This document shows positions 36,485 through 49,100 of a stretch of 64,000 nt of DNA, piece by piece. The position numbers were made by a program, and so were the translations under genes. This DNA comes from Pocillopora damicornis (taxonomy: Eukaryota): contig NW_020843402.1 of the NCBI RefSeq assembly GCF_003704095.1, positions 248,001 to 312,000 of the forward strand, in the 5' to 3' direction. The first letter of the stretch is position 1. Every line of letters starts with the position of its first letter. Under the pieces are notes generated by a model, which saw only the letters and a list, made by a program, of their open reading frames with translations, did not search any database and was not told where the DNA came from.

Positions 36485-39400
36485 TCAGCTGGCCTTATTA
36501 GGATCTGTTTGTCGAATGTTCTTCTTTTTCTCAGGGTTGAGTTTACGTTTCTTGAAGGCGACTTCGTTTCCGTCGCCAACTGAACGGAAAGTAATTTTTG
36601 GAGTTGATCGTTCTTTGAATTTTACTACGGTCGAGTTTGGTTCGATTGTTGTGGTTTGTTGAGTCTCGCTTTCGCTGACAGAAGCAATCTTCGCCCTGCA
36701 AAGAGAAGGAATTCTTCTGCTTCCATATATATCATTGAATACACATTGATAACTGTCACATTTAGGACTTAAACAGATCAGTATTTGAAAGAGCTTCATG
36801 GGGGACTAAAGGAAGATGAATATTAAGCGTCACTCGGTATTTCAGAAGGTAATTTGGAGCCTATTCTAGAGAGGCGAGTGAACAATTCCAATTAGTTTCA
36901 TTTCTGAATCTGTTTGGCTTTAGAGTTGGAGCCCAGACTCCCTCTTTTTACAACTCCTACAGCCTCAAAATTAGAGTCTAGCTATCCACTGTCACAAGCT
37001 ATCGCAAAGATGACACAATGAAGAATGGCTGACCGACATAACTGCACTTACGTTTGGGGAGGAGGTTCGAATGTCTGGACAGTTGTCCATTGTCCATATG
37101 GAGAGTTCTTTACTTGTTTCTTTTCCTCTCTCTGAACTTGATTCTCTTCTATTTTCTGTGTGGAAAAAGGCAAATTTCGAAAATAATCTCAGAACATGGT
37201 ATAATTAAGGGAAAGATATCAGTGAGTAAAGCAAAAGTCACCATAAGACTTGCCAACAATTAAAAGAAATGATTGATAGTTTGATTTTCATTTGATAACA
37301 AACAAGGCAATGATCCTTGCAATTGAAGTGCAATTAAAGAAATGGCATCATAAAAAAATACAGATTTTAATGTGATTTGAACACACACCTCCCAGACACT
37401 AATTGAGTGCCACCACCAACTAAGCCAAAATGATATCTTTTGGGAGTAAGGATAATTTTAGATGGCTCTTTGCTTGCGTAAAGGGACCTGCTCACAGTTA
37501 AATAAAATAAATCATATTTGGAACTGTGGATGATATTGAGGAACAATGTGCTATAAACCTGATCACATTAAATAATTATTTGCCAAGGACAAAGTGAGTA
37601 TTGTTGACTGATTCCAAAGAAGGTATAATGATTATGTTAGAAATTCACTGAGCCTGGAAAAGGAAATAATTTCAAGAACTATCACTCACTCACAGCTGAT
37701 CATCAAAGCAATTGCATTTCCTTCAGTCAAGTCAGCAACATTGGACATAATGTGCAGAGGCCATTTTGAAAATAAGTGCTTCAGTATTTATAATAATCAC
37801 CTCAGATGGGGAGGTTATGGTAAGATATTACACAATCCTTGACCAATGGGAAAGTGTCTTTTTTTTATAATCACCTCTGCCATTTAAATAAATCATGTAG
37901 TGATAGCATTGTCAAAACTGAAACACAATTAAGTTTAATTCTCAATTTATTTATTTCAATTGGTTAGTGGAAATTACAGTATGTAGTTTCTGAGCTGGAA
38001 AATGGATTTGTTTAAGGAGTCAATTATGGCTGAACAGACAAGCAGAGTGTTAATTTGCTTTCAACCAACTACATGCATATTATTCTGGACAGTATTTAGT
38101 ACAATACCTACATTTTGAGAGTTTGTCTGATCCTCTTTACTCAGTGCTTTATCTTCCTTGGCATTTCTTGGGCGGATATAGGAGATACATGTATGATAAT
38201 GACAATTAATAGCAAAAAATGATTAACACATTTCTAACTTCATACAGAAGTCAATCACCAAGTCAGATAGAAAAAAATGATCATTTATAAGTACAAAAGT
38301 TTATTAATAAGCTATTGTACCTCATGTCCTGATTTGATGGAGTCGATAAGCAACTGGGGGATTCCCACTGAGATGCTGAGGATCAAAATCAAGCAATACA
38401 TTCAGTCAATCAGTCACAATCAGGAAGTCATTCAGTTAATCAGTCACAATCAGGAAGTCAATCATTCAATCTGTCAATCAGTCAGTCCATCAATCAATCT
38501 GTCAATCAACCAGTCAATCAGTCATTCCATCAATCCATCAATCAAACAATCAGTCAACCAATCACTCCAAAACTTAAGGAATCATTCTTGTGGTCAATGA
38601 ATCATATGAATTGTAAAATTAAGAAATCAATCCTATCAATAATAAATCCATAAATTTAGTAGTCATTTTATCTCAACATTTACGGTTTGCATTATATATT
38701 TCTGAACCCATCAACCAGTTTTTGCCAACTTGAACTGATCATTGTTGGGCTTTGACACTACATAAAAGTATTGTTTGATACATCTAGCACCTTCTTAAAA
38801 AAAGACAATTCTAAATATGGATTGTTCACCTTGTGTAGCTGTGTTGTAATAATAGTAATAGCCTTCTGGTGCTTGAGCAATGTTCCAACCATGGTTGCAA
38901 TGCATAGTGGGTGTTTGTCCCTCATAAGAAATGACACATCCTATAAACAGACAATTGAGGCCTATAGTTATGTTACTACACCTTTCTCAACAATCTTATA
39001 AAAAAGTCGTTCATCAAGAAACAATCCCTCACTAAAAAAAACCTCAGCTTTTGTAAATCTATGGCCCATCCTGATGGGACATTACACTTGGGTTTCTGAG
39101 GAGAGTGTTGCACATGGGTTCTTACCAACAGAGCTTTCACCTTTGGAACAAGTTTCATTTGCTTGTGTTTTTTGTGACTCTGTGTTCGATTCAGGCTTTG
39201 ATTTTGATGGCTCAATGTTTAAGTCTTTCTCATACGCCTTCAGTGCTGCCTATTGGAGATAACATGACATAATTGAAATCTAAAACAACACTAGTTTTAA
39301 CAGCCTCAAAGATGGCAATCATGCAGTAGGAAATACATTTCCAAGTACTGTCTACAGATTGGATGGTAAGTGAAGATTGAAACAGGACACTTTTTATAAT

Positions 39401-40739
39401 CAATGGATTAATACCTCTATTTATGTTGTTTAAGCACATCCTTGTTTTTAGCATGAAAACCAGCCTTTACAGCTATTTAAGCTCTGTGGGAGCAATTTTT
39501 TAGTCAAGAAATCTTAACAATTAATATGTGCAGTGAGATCAAAGGAAATTGGAAATAAGAAGATGTGATTCAAGTATTCTGATTTTCAAGTAATTGTCTT
39601 AAGGTCTGGTACATATAAGCTACTTTGCAGGAATTCAGAGCATATCTATGTTACATACTGCTTCAATGGCTTCTAAATCCATCAGTAGTTGTTTCTGGGC
39701 CTGAGAAGTTTCTTTGCCTTTCTTCTGAACCTGGTGAGCAGAGCAAAGAAAAGTCCAACAGCAGCTCTGTGTTCTAATCAGCTCTTTCATATGAAATATT
39801 GGCAGGATTTAAGGCAAGGAAGTTTCAAAAACAAAGACAAGCAACAACAAACAGTATACCTGAAGAAGGAAGAGATTAACCCTTCCATTTCTTCCTGATA
39901 GTGGACTGCTTTTAGCAAGGAGGAATTTTAGTGAGTGCACAAGTTTTTATACCTCAGTGTTTGTCACTTTAGCATTTCTATATAAGTAAATAGGCTTTCA
40001 AAGAGTACAAGAACAAAGATTTATCCTCAGGAGATTCAGAGGGTAAAATCATGGAAACAAACACACAACATCTCCCTTACCTCTTGAATTCTTTTCTGTA
40101 CATTTTCTTTGTGTTTCTTACCCCTCTCATGAAACTCTATACTCTACAAATTTCCAAAGAGAAGAAACTTTCTTTCAGCTCTCAGCCTCACAGAGAAGAG
40201 GACAAGAAAACAGAACCTATTGTGTGGGCACCCCTCTATGACAATTTTTTAATACAAGACAAGTGTAAAAAAAACACTTTTTTTAAACCAGAAAGCATCC
40301 GTTTTCAGTCGTAATCTGACGAAACAAATTTAAACACTGGTTACGAAGGTAGAATAAAACTGTATATGCCTTTTTAGGGCATTGATGTTGATCCTGAAGT
40401 TGTGAAGTCAATTAATTGAGATATAGACGTTAACATCACTTTCACACAGGCTATACAGACTTTTTCATGGGTCTCATCAAACAATTCCATGTATAATCAG
40501 GACGACTGTAATGTTCCTTTTCTTTTATTCACCAAGACTACGATTTAAACAAATGATTCTTCAAGCTTTTAATTAGTCGTATACTAAATCTTACTGCTTT
40601 GTTGTCAGTGATCCAGCACTTGCAAAACTCGCACATTTTTTTGGGTTGCGACTTCCAGTACTCTGCCCTAAAGAGAAACAAAAATTTTGAAGATATTACC
40701 CCATTAGCTCTTAACTTAAATAACTTTACTAGCTTACAT
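36485..40739 (-). CDS. WBP4: WW domain-binding protein 4 (FBP21): U1/matrin-type zinc finger + WW; about 10 coding exons (40739-40738, 40667-40595, 40143-40081, 39730-39659, 39249-39126, 38940-38830, 38375-38321, 38166-38112, ~37155-37052, ~36694-36485)
   Basis: M|AEYWKSQPKKMCEFCKCWITDNKA|SIEFHERGKKHKENV, then WW GWNIAQAPEGYYYYYNTATQ|ASQWESP, then PYGQWTTV and a C-terminal VKFKERS...VAFKKRKL. Exon phases are consistent. Confidence 0.9.
38398..38565 (+). repeat. Degenerate (TCAA/TCAG)n microsatellite in a WBP4 intron
   Basis: cagtcaatcagtc...atcaatcaatctgtcaatcaaccagtcaatcagtc. Confidence 0.8.
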
Positions 40740-41842
40740 CTGGAATAAAATTCCCTCAAGTTATGGTCCACCAAACCACAGTTAAGATGGTGCCACTGAG
40801 CTGTCTTGGTATATACTTCATATAAAAACAGTGACTGAAAATATCGTTCGTGTATGCTGCAGTCAATTATGACCACTAATGACCAATCAACACAGTTTAG
40901 AGGAAGTCTCTAGCAGGTACAGCCATCCACACTGCAGATAGCTGAATGACTTGAATATACTACAGACAGCGTAGATACTATTATGTACTGTAAAATATCG
41001 TGAATACTCTTATCTGCTGTAGACATTTTAGATAGCTGAAACTTATCTAGGTGGTGTGGACAGCTTTATACACCGAGGTACACCTTACCCAGTGTCGATA
41101 GTTGTACGAATTGTTTACGATTTAGATTACTAAACCAAAGACGTCTCTACGAAACCGATTCGTGAGACTTATTGCTATGATTCCGATCGTCGTGAAAATA
41201 AGAACAGGCGTAATATCTTTGCTGCTTTTCAGACGAACGGAGGCAGAAGCGAGGAACATTCTGTGAATAAATAAACGGAGAAACGACTTGCCTATTTCCC
41301 CCTTTTTTTTTTACAACAGAAAGAAAAACAGTATTAAAGTTCACGTGGCAGAAAAATATTTTATTCACCTATCTTAAACTACTGTCATAAACTGAATTTA
41401 CATACACCCCGCGCAAGATTTTTGACATATATTCATGAATCTATTGATTCTTTGAAAGAAAGCGAATCTATAATTGTAAAGCAATATTCTAAGCTCAAAG
41501 GAGTAGTTTAACCAGCCCGGGGCTGAACTTAGCTAAGCTGATACAAACAGAAAAGAAATACACTTAAGATCAAGTTAGTATCACCCCCTTTCCAGTAGGA
41601 TTTAAATTTTTCAAAATGGAAGATCTCGATGTAGTTGTCACACAACTTCTGTTTTATAAACAATGACAAATGACCCCTACTGACAATTTGATTCTTCTGT
41701 TAAATACCTTAAGCAAACATTCAAGACACGAAAAATAACATGCAAACTTTAAGTTTTTGGGCTTAAATTATCTCAGAGGTCACAATAAGAGAGGCATATG
41801 AAGCGCAAACTTGAACTAAACACCAAATCCCACCGCCATCGA

Positions 41843-44800
41843 ATGGAGCCCAAACTAAGCATCATCGCTTCCTTGATCCTTTTATTGTTATTTTTAAACC
41901 AGTCACAATTGATAATCGCGAAGAGTCCGTCTCGTAAGACACAGCCAACCAAGCATGGAGAGGTGTACCGCGCAAAGAGTCAGATCGATTCTCTGATTTA
42001 CAAATTAACACTCGATTTAAACACCTCTAATGAAAAGAAAAATCTAGCCAACGTCATGCAAAAAGATGCCGAAAAATTATCTCGAATTGCCGAAGATGAA
42101 ATCGCCTTATTGAAACCAGTGCAGCGTCTTTTGGATCAACTAGTGAAGGGAAATGCTTCAGGTGGAAATCAAAGCTGTTTTTGCGGCATTCGTGGTGGTA
42201 AAACAGCAATAAACATTGCGACAAAAAGCTCTCCTCTGCCTAAACATTACACTATAACTGTACAAGGTAAGTAAAAAATTTAATTCCTCAAATCGTGCCA
42301 TATCATCAAATAAATCATCTGTATTATATCCGTTTAAAAGTTTTGGACTCGGTGATACAACAGTAAGTTGGTTGATCCAGAAACTTTCGACATCAGATAC
42401 CGAAACTTTAATTTATTATTTTTAGTTATTCTAGATACATTATCTCTATAAATTGTTAAATTGCAGCTCTTAAATGTTACCATTCCAAATTTCAGTATTT
42501 TGAATGAACTTCACTTCGAGTTTAGCACGATCTCAAATACGGTCTAGTAGCGATTTTCTAATCACAAAAAAATATTTATCTTTTTTCGATGAAGATTGCT
42601 TGAGTATTGAGAGGGTTGAGAATGCTGTTGAGTCCCAAATCATAAAATATTATCATGACTTTTCAGTTAATCCTTTAACTCCCATGAGTGACCAAGACAG
42701 AATTTCTCCTAACAATATCAATCAGATAAGGGGTGAGAGTAAAGAAAAATATAAATTTGGGGATAATTAGTTGATCCCATACTAAATTCTTAGAACTAAC
42801 ACTATAAGAATTGTATAGTTGACAGTAAGGAGAATTACAAATTGAATCTGGGAGTTAGAGGGTTAAAGTCAAAATTTCACCTGCACGTGTGGGTTGGTTA
42901 TGATTTCCGAAATACAAAGGGGTTACGATTTTTAAAAACAATGAAATCCAATAAATTTCTTAAGGGGGTCAGCAGTACGGCTTAAGGACTGATGAATCTT
43001 GAAATACCGTTCAAAACTGAAACCATTTTTCGACCTTTCGGTGACTGATTTCTTGTGCAGGTAAATAGGTCAATAGAAAGAAGACCTTATTTTTCATCGA
43101 AACCTTCTAAAAGAGAAATATTGTACAAATTGATTTTGTTGGCATTAAACTTTGGCTTTGTTTTGAATTGGTCTCCAGTTAACCATCGTGCACTGATTGA
43201 TCGAGGATTAACACGTGACAATGGAGATGACCTACAAGTCTACTACCATGCTAACGGACAGCAACCGGTTCAAATAGACCGTGTTCTTAGTGGTGTGGGG
43301 ACAAAGTCAGCCACAGTCCACTTTAGACTGCAGGCTCGTATGTCAGCCAACACCATTGATGATATCTCTTACTCTTTAATGCTTGGTGATGCAGTCAGCG
43401 GAAGTGTTATGGATAACCCTAGACGGGTGTATGCGTTTTATGATGATTTCACGAGCCCTGCCCTAAAGAAGGACTGGGTGAAGAACAATTACGGCAAATG
43501 GACTGTGCAAAATGGACGGTTGCTTGGCGATACCATGGCTATTAAGGGAAGAGATTATATAGAGGTCGCATTGTATCTCAAGTCGGGATTTTCTTGGAGA
43601 GATATTGAAGTGGAGCTTGACATGATGGAGACTGGGAGTAGAAAAAGTTGTCCTGGACCACTGTTGCGTGTGGCCAATGTTCAACACAGTAAGACCACAG
43701 CGTGGTGGTTTGAGTACTGTCCATATAACACTTTTACCTGTACGTTAAGGCCTCAACGCAATAACAAAGATGGTGGCTGGAAATACAACAGCAAACTGTC
43801 CAGAGCCTTTGCGCTTCATACTTGGTTTCATTTTAAGTACCAAGTGCTTGGCGACCGATTCTCACAATGGCAGGATGGTAAACTCGTACATAACAATGTA
43901 AAAGTCAGCAATGATTGGAACATACCGGGTGGAACGTTTGGCCTGGGTTGTCACACTTCTCCAAACAACTGTAAAACAATCTATGACAACATTAAAATCA
44001 GATTCCTGGTTGCTGGTCCTCCAAATATCACTCTCGGAAACTTTGAACCCATTCGTCTCAGTCAAACCAGTATCCTGGGTACAAAGAACCTTCCCGCTGA
44101 CTCCTGCAAACAAATTCATGATGCAAGTCTAGCAAATAACAAACCGCGCGTCAAGAATGGAGTTTACTGGATAAAGACTGATCTGCAAGGAAGCTCTTTA
44201 GTGCAGACTTACTGTGACATGGCCAATGGAGGCTGGACTCTTGTGGGAAAGATCAGTGGCAAAGTTGGCAACATCTACAAGACTTGGCTTGTGTCTAACC
44301 ACAACACTGCAGCACTGAAAACTCCAAAAATCACTAAACATAAAGATTTTGGCTGCATGGATGCTCGCAGTCTGGCTGTTGAAGCAGCTTCCACGATTCT
44401 GTTGTCCAGTGGCGAGAGGACGGATGGCTTGGGAAGCAAGTGGGTTATGTGGAGACTGCCGGGAAACAGAGAAAAAGAAAAGTTCTGGAATCATGCTATT
44501 GGTAAATCCGCTGTGCAGGAGGCCGTTGTGACACCTGTACTGGTGCATGCATGGAATGGAAACAAAAAGGTACCTAAGAACGCCTTTTATTTTAAACTGT
44601 TTTAAAGGAGTTTTATTCACAGCAGCTTTGGTCTTGAATTAGACGTGTGTCCTTAGAATACACAAAACACGCATCAGGTGAAGTTTTCTGCCGTAGAACT
44701 CTCCAAAAATTTCCACCGTAATCAATATTTCGAGAAAATGGAAGATACGGCAGCAGTTTGTCTCAGTCGTTTAATTCTGTTGAGTTATTAGTTATAAGAC

Positions 44801-45197
44801 TGACATAATCCGTTAAGCTCGTCTTTGAAATTGTCATAGGTTTTAACAAAAGGCGTTGGTAAAAGAAGCTTGGAGCCCTAAATTGTACCACAACCTATTC
44901 ATCACTCTGAGCTTTCAATTTTCTTTCTATTGTCCATAGATCTGTTATCAAAACGAGTTTGGGATAATGCCTTATTCTCTTCATGGAGGATCGTATCCCT
45001 ACACGTCTCTCAAACACGGAGGCGGAATTTTGGCTGTGAACGACTACTGTATGGCTGTGGGTGTCAACACTAAGGGTTCTCTGGCGCACGGCTGGAGAAA
45101 TAATGGCTATGCTAACGATTGTCCAAGCAGCGATTCTGATTGGCCCAACAAGTCGTACAAACACGGTTCCCCTTATCTGACGGTGTGGCTCAAGTGA
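41843..45197 (+). CDS. Secreted ~690 aa protein: signal peptide, coiled coil, DUF2341-like domain, ConA/DUF1080-like beta-sandwich, fibrinogen/intelectin-like YCDM..GGWT domain (exons 41843-42266, 43179-44569, 44940-45197)
   Basis: Signal peptide MEPKLSIIASLILLLLFL. Phase-matched GT-AG introns. Motifs TRDNGDDLQVYY...ATVHFRL...VYAFYDDF, GKWTVQNGRL...IYDNIKIR and SCKQI...NGVYWI...QTYCDMANGGWTLVGK. An upstream in-frame ATG lies at 41798. Confidence 0.82.
42667..42866. mobile_element. MITE with TTAA ends and imperfect TIRs (piggyBac-like non-autonomous), ~200 bp
   Basis: ttaatcctttaactccca ... tgggagttagagggttaa. A related degenerate copy lies at ~53503-53706. Confidence 0.7.
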
Positions 45198-46197
45198 CTA
45201 TGGCAACGACCTCTGTATAGAAGGTCGTGGTGATTTTTTTGCTTCACCGTGGAATCTATATGAGTCTAGTTTATATTAAAGTTCCTCGGGTCTTTATATG
45301 GATCAGATTCAATCAAGTTTCGTAGGGTAATGCACAAAGTATAGAATACAGGTAGGTCTAGCATAAGCACAAGTTACTCAAGACATTTTTAAGGACAAAT
45401 CCATCAATAGAAGTGGGTTTTATCACTTTTCCGCTTCCTAGTCATTTGACACTTTTGCCGTTGTTTCTCTCGCTGTTGTTGTTGTTTTCTTTTAAAGCTT
45501 TGCTTATAGTTTTAGAGTTTGTCACTTGTACCTGTGTTGTTTAAGTTTTTGAAAACAATCATAAAAAAATAATAAAATGGTGTTGGGTGTAAACTGTAAG
45601 TGCAGACCCTTCCTCTCTTTCTTACCACCAAAATATATTTCTCGGAAAAAAATTGGAAAATGATGCACTCCTCGACACACTGGACGAACTGGCGAACATA
45701 TTTTACACACAACCCTGTGTCTCAGTTAGGAACAGATTTATTTTATCTGATGGAATTCTAGAAGTAAACAATATGGCACCTACCTTGAAAATAAAAAGGG
45801 TGCCACTAGTAATAAGACATCTAAGTACTTCATTTGTTATTTTTCAGACAGTTAAAATTCAAAATATGGCAAAAAAAATTGAAATACGCACAATTTATCA
45901 GGCACAAACAGAGTTCAATGAGGCAAATATTCTGTGAGCTGATTTGACGGTTAAAAATTGCAGTTATATTCCAAAAATTACGATTGTTGAAATAACCAGG
46001 CCGACGCCGTGATAACACTGGAGACCTATCAAACGCGTTGCACATCCCTTCTGAGTGATCACAGGGAAACGCCCAGTGTGCAATCAGCTTTTGACAACGA
46101 CCACGTGATCGACTAACTGCACGTGCACTGCAGCACTGCCCGTGATGGACCCGCTCAACTAACGTCATGATGAATGGGACTATGCACGTCGTGCATG

Positions 46198-49100
46198 CTA
46201 TGAGTCTGTGAAATGATTCAATCTGAAAAAAAAATCCAAATTTAAAACACACTTAAATCTAACCGCTTATAACTTTAAGCCAATGAGAGGAGTGGTAACA
46301 GGTGTCTGCACTATATTAAGATTGCAAAGCAAAATACGTGCCAAAACTAAGATGCAAGCGTGACAGTAATGATACCTGTACAGTAACGCTTTGCCTCTGT
46401 CGTTACCGATGGAAAGATATCCACTGTTTGGAGAAAAGTCGAATGCATTTACGTATCTGAGTGAAGTACGGGACGTGGGCCAGTTGGAGAAAACGGAAAG
46501 TGAAGGAAGATGAACCTGAAAAACAACAAAGAAAAGCAAAAAAAGTAACTGATAAAAATTTTCCGCCAACAGACTATCTTTTGGTTTTCATGCCTCAAAA
46601 TGTTTCCAAGGATGCTGCACTGTGACGGAATCTGTGTTTTGAAATTTACGCTGAATTTTCAGTTAATCGATTAACTTTTTACGCCTTGTAAGATGAAGAT
46701 TTCTAGGAATCTTTCCACCTTTTTAAATCTTGATCTCTTCCATATGTTTTTTCTTGAATTCTATAACATACTTCTCTACGGCGTTATACGAAAAAGTAGT
46801 TACCATTTTAAACAAATCCTTTCTCGCTCTTGAAGACATCGCCAAGATCTCGCTGCGTATATAAAAGCAGGAAATGATTAATATAGTACATGAAGGAAAA
46901 TATGAGTAATTTTGGTGAAAAAAAAAGGTGGCATGGAGTGTTACATTTTGACGGGAAGTGTCTGAAGTTCGAATTTTTTTTTATGCCCTTTCCTGTCACA
47001 GGTGATTAATATGTTTCCTTAGAATTCAGATTGTCATTTTACTGCAAACTATTAAGTTGGAGTTTCTGCTCAGGACAAACAGATGCAATTCTTGATCAAA
47101 GTGGTTGAAATGCTGAAAACTTGCCTTGTAGAATTAAAAGCAACGTTGTTGATGCTTGTAGTCAAATTCATGATGGCCTTTAATGGCTTTGGTTGCGTCT
47201 GATCTAAACGTTGATTGTCATAGATGTTTACAACACCGCTATCAGATCTGCAATAGAAAAAAGTACAGGTTTGCCTTGCATCAATGCTGATCAGCAGCCA
47301 ATTTTTTTTAAGCACATGCATATGCAATGGGGAAGGCCTTGACAAGGCTTATACCCATGCCTCCCTGATAATCGTTGGGTGCTACTACCCACTAGACTAC
47401 AAAGCCTTATGTTTTGGAACCAGGCAAATTCCTTTGAGTTCTTGGTTCCCCAAAGTGGAACTTAGTCTCAAATAGAACACAAAACAAATCATATAATATT
47501 TGACCTGTGATTAATATGCACACCCACCCGCAAGCTAAGTACTGTCCATCTCTGGATGCTGCCAGTGAGGTGGAGTTGAGACACCCTTCGTCTCTGAACT
47601 TATGCACACAGCTACGAGTGTTCATGTCCCAAATATACACTTCTCCATCATCTGTGCAAATGAATGAGAAGAAATCATCAGTTTAGGGAAATATGCATTA
47701 TCACATACATGTAAATGTACATTGATGGAGACAATAACTACACGGGAACTACCTCCTGCTGTAAACATACGAGATCCATCAGCATTAAAAGCTACTGACT
47801 GCACTGAACCATTCATCTTTAAGTTTCCAATCCACTGTTTTGTCTAAATAAAAAATGAAGCAAAATTTACAATGTAAACAGCAAGAAAGTCACCAATAAA
47901 GGAGTAATCAGATATGGCCTGAAGTTCTTTTCCACAGATTTTCTTAAAATTCACATAGTGATGCTTATAGTCCTACATCCCTGAATTCCAACAGATTTTA
48001 GTAAATAAATATGTAACTTCTCACAAATTCAAAAGCAAACAAGATACAAGAAAAAACAGTCTCATCAAAAGAAAGTTTCATCCTGATACAACACAAAATG
48101 ATCTTCAACAAACCAAAAGCATATGTACTGGGGGTGTGGGAGGACATCCATCACATAATGGCAGTTTAAGCTTGGGGTTAAGTAATCACCACAATAATGA
48201 CAGGAACTCTTATGACAAATTTATTAATTTTTGGTAAAGTCTTTGTGATTGGTCGTGGTGCCTTAGCTGACCTCATACATGTAGATTGATTGTACGGAAG
48301 GAGACTTACCTTGCTTGAAAGAAGAATTATGTAGCCATTGGTACCAAGAAAAATAAGATGTTTCCCATCTGGTGAAACATGAAATTTATCAAAATATCTC
48401 TCCTCTCTACCTGCAAAGAACAAATCAAATATACACAATAAGACCTTCCATTTATTACACAACATTTTCATGAAAAAAATTTGTATACTTGCTGATAAAA
48501 ATCTCACCTGAATTTGACTTGATTTGTAGTTTCACAGTCTTAAAAACCTTTGTGAAATAAATACTAAGCCAATGGTTGTATATGACAAATCATCAATACC
48601 TCTTATTTCAGGAATTTTTATCACTTCTCCCTTGATCATGTCATAGACATAAAATGATCTTCTCTGTGAGGCCAAGATAACCTGTTCACCATCTGAACTG
48701 AAGTGAGCTGTGTGAATGGGAAACCTTTCAAGAAATACACTCTGAAGTTTTGGATTTGTCTGTCCATCTATCTGATGATGACATAAAAACATTGTATTAT
48801 ATGTGTGTGAGCAAAACTGTATACGTGTCTATACAAATGAAGTAAAACCTGATTAAACACTGTAAAAAAGAGTTTTTTTTAAAAATTTTTTTGCTTCATT
48901 TGGGAGAATGACTGGGAGAGGTGGATGTACAGAGGTCAACATTCCCAACTCCAGTTAAAGGGTCCAACTCCAATTCAAGAACTCTCTCAGTGCCTCTGGA
49001 AAATTGGACAATTAAATTGTTGTCTGTTAAAGATAAAGAATCACTCCTGAAACTTTAGCTTTGAGCTGAAACTTTGTAAGTGAGTGGTTTGAATACCCAG

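Noticed and set aside
43055-43178. GTG start and hydrophobic 'signal' at the head of the 516-aa ORF
   Set aside because: More likely intron and polypyrimidine tract. The phase-1 donor at 42266 matches the acceptor at 43179, and the real signal peptide is in exon 1.
43179-44569. Bacterial contamination as the source of the DUF2341-like region
   Set aside because: It is flanked by phase-matched spliceosomal introns, has a host MITE in its intron and is contiguous with WBP4 and UTP18.
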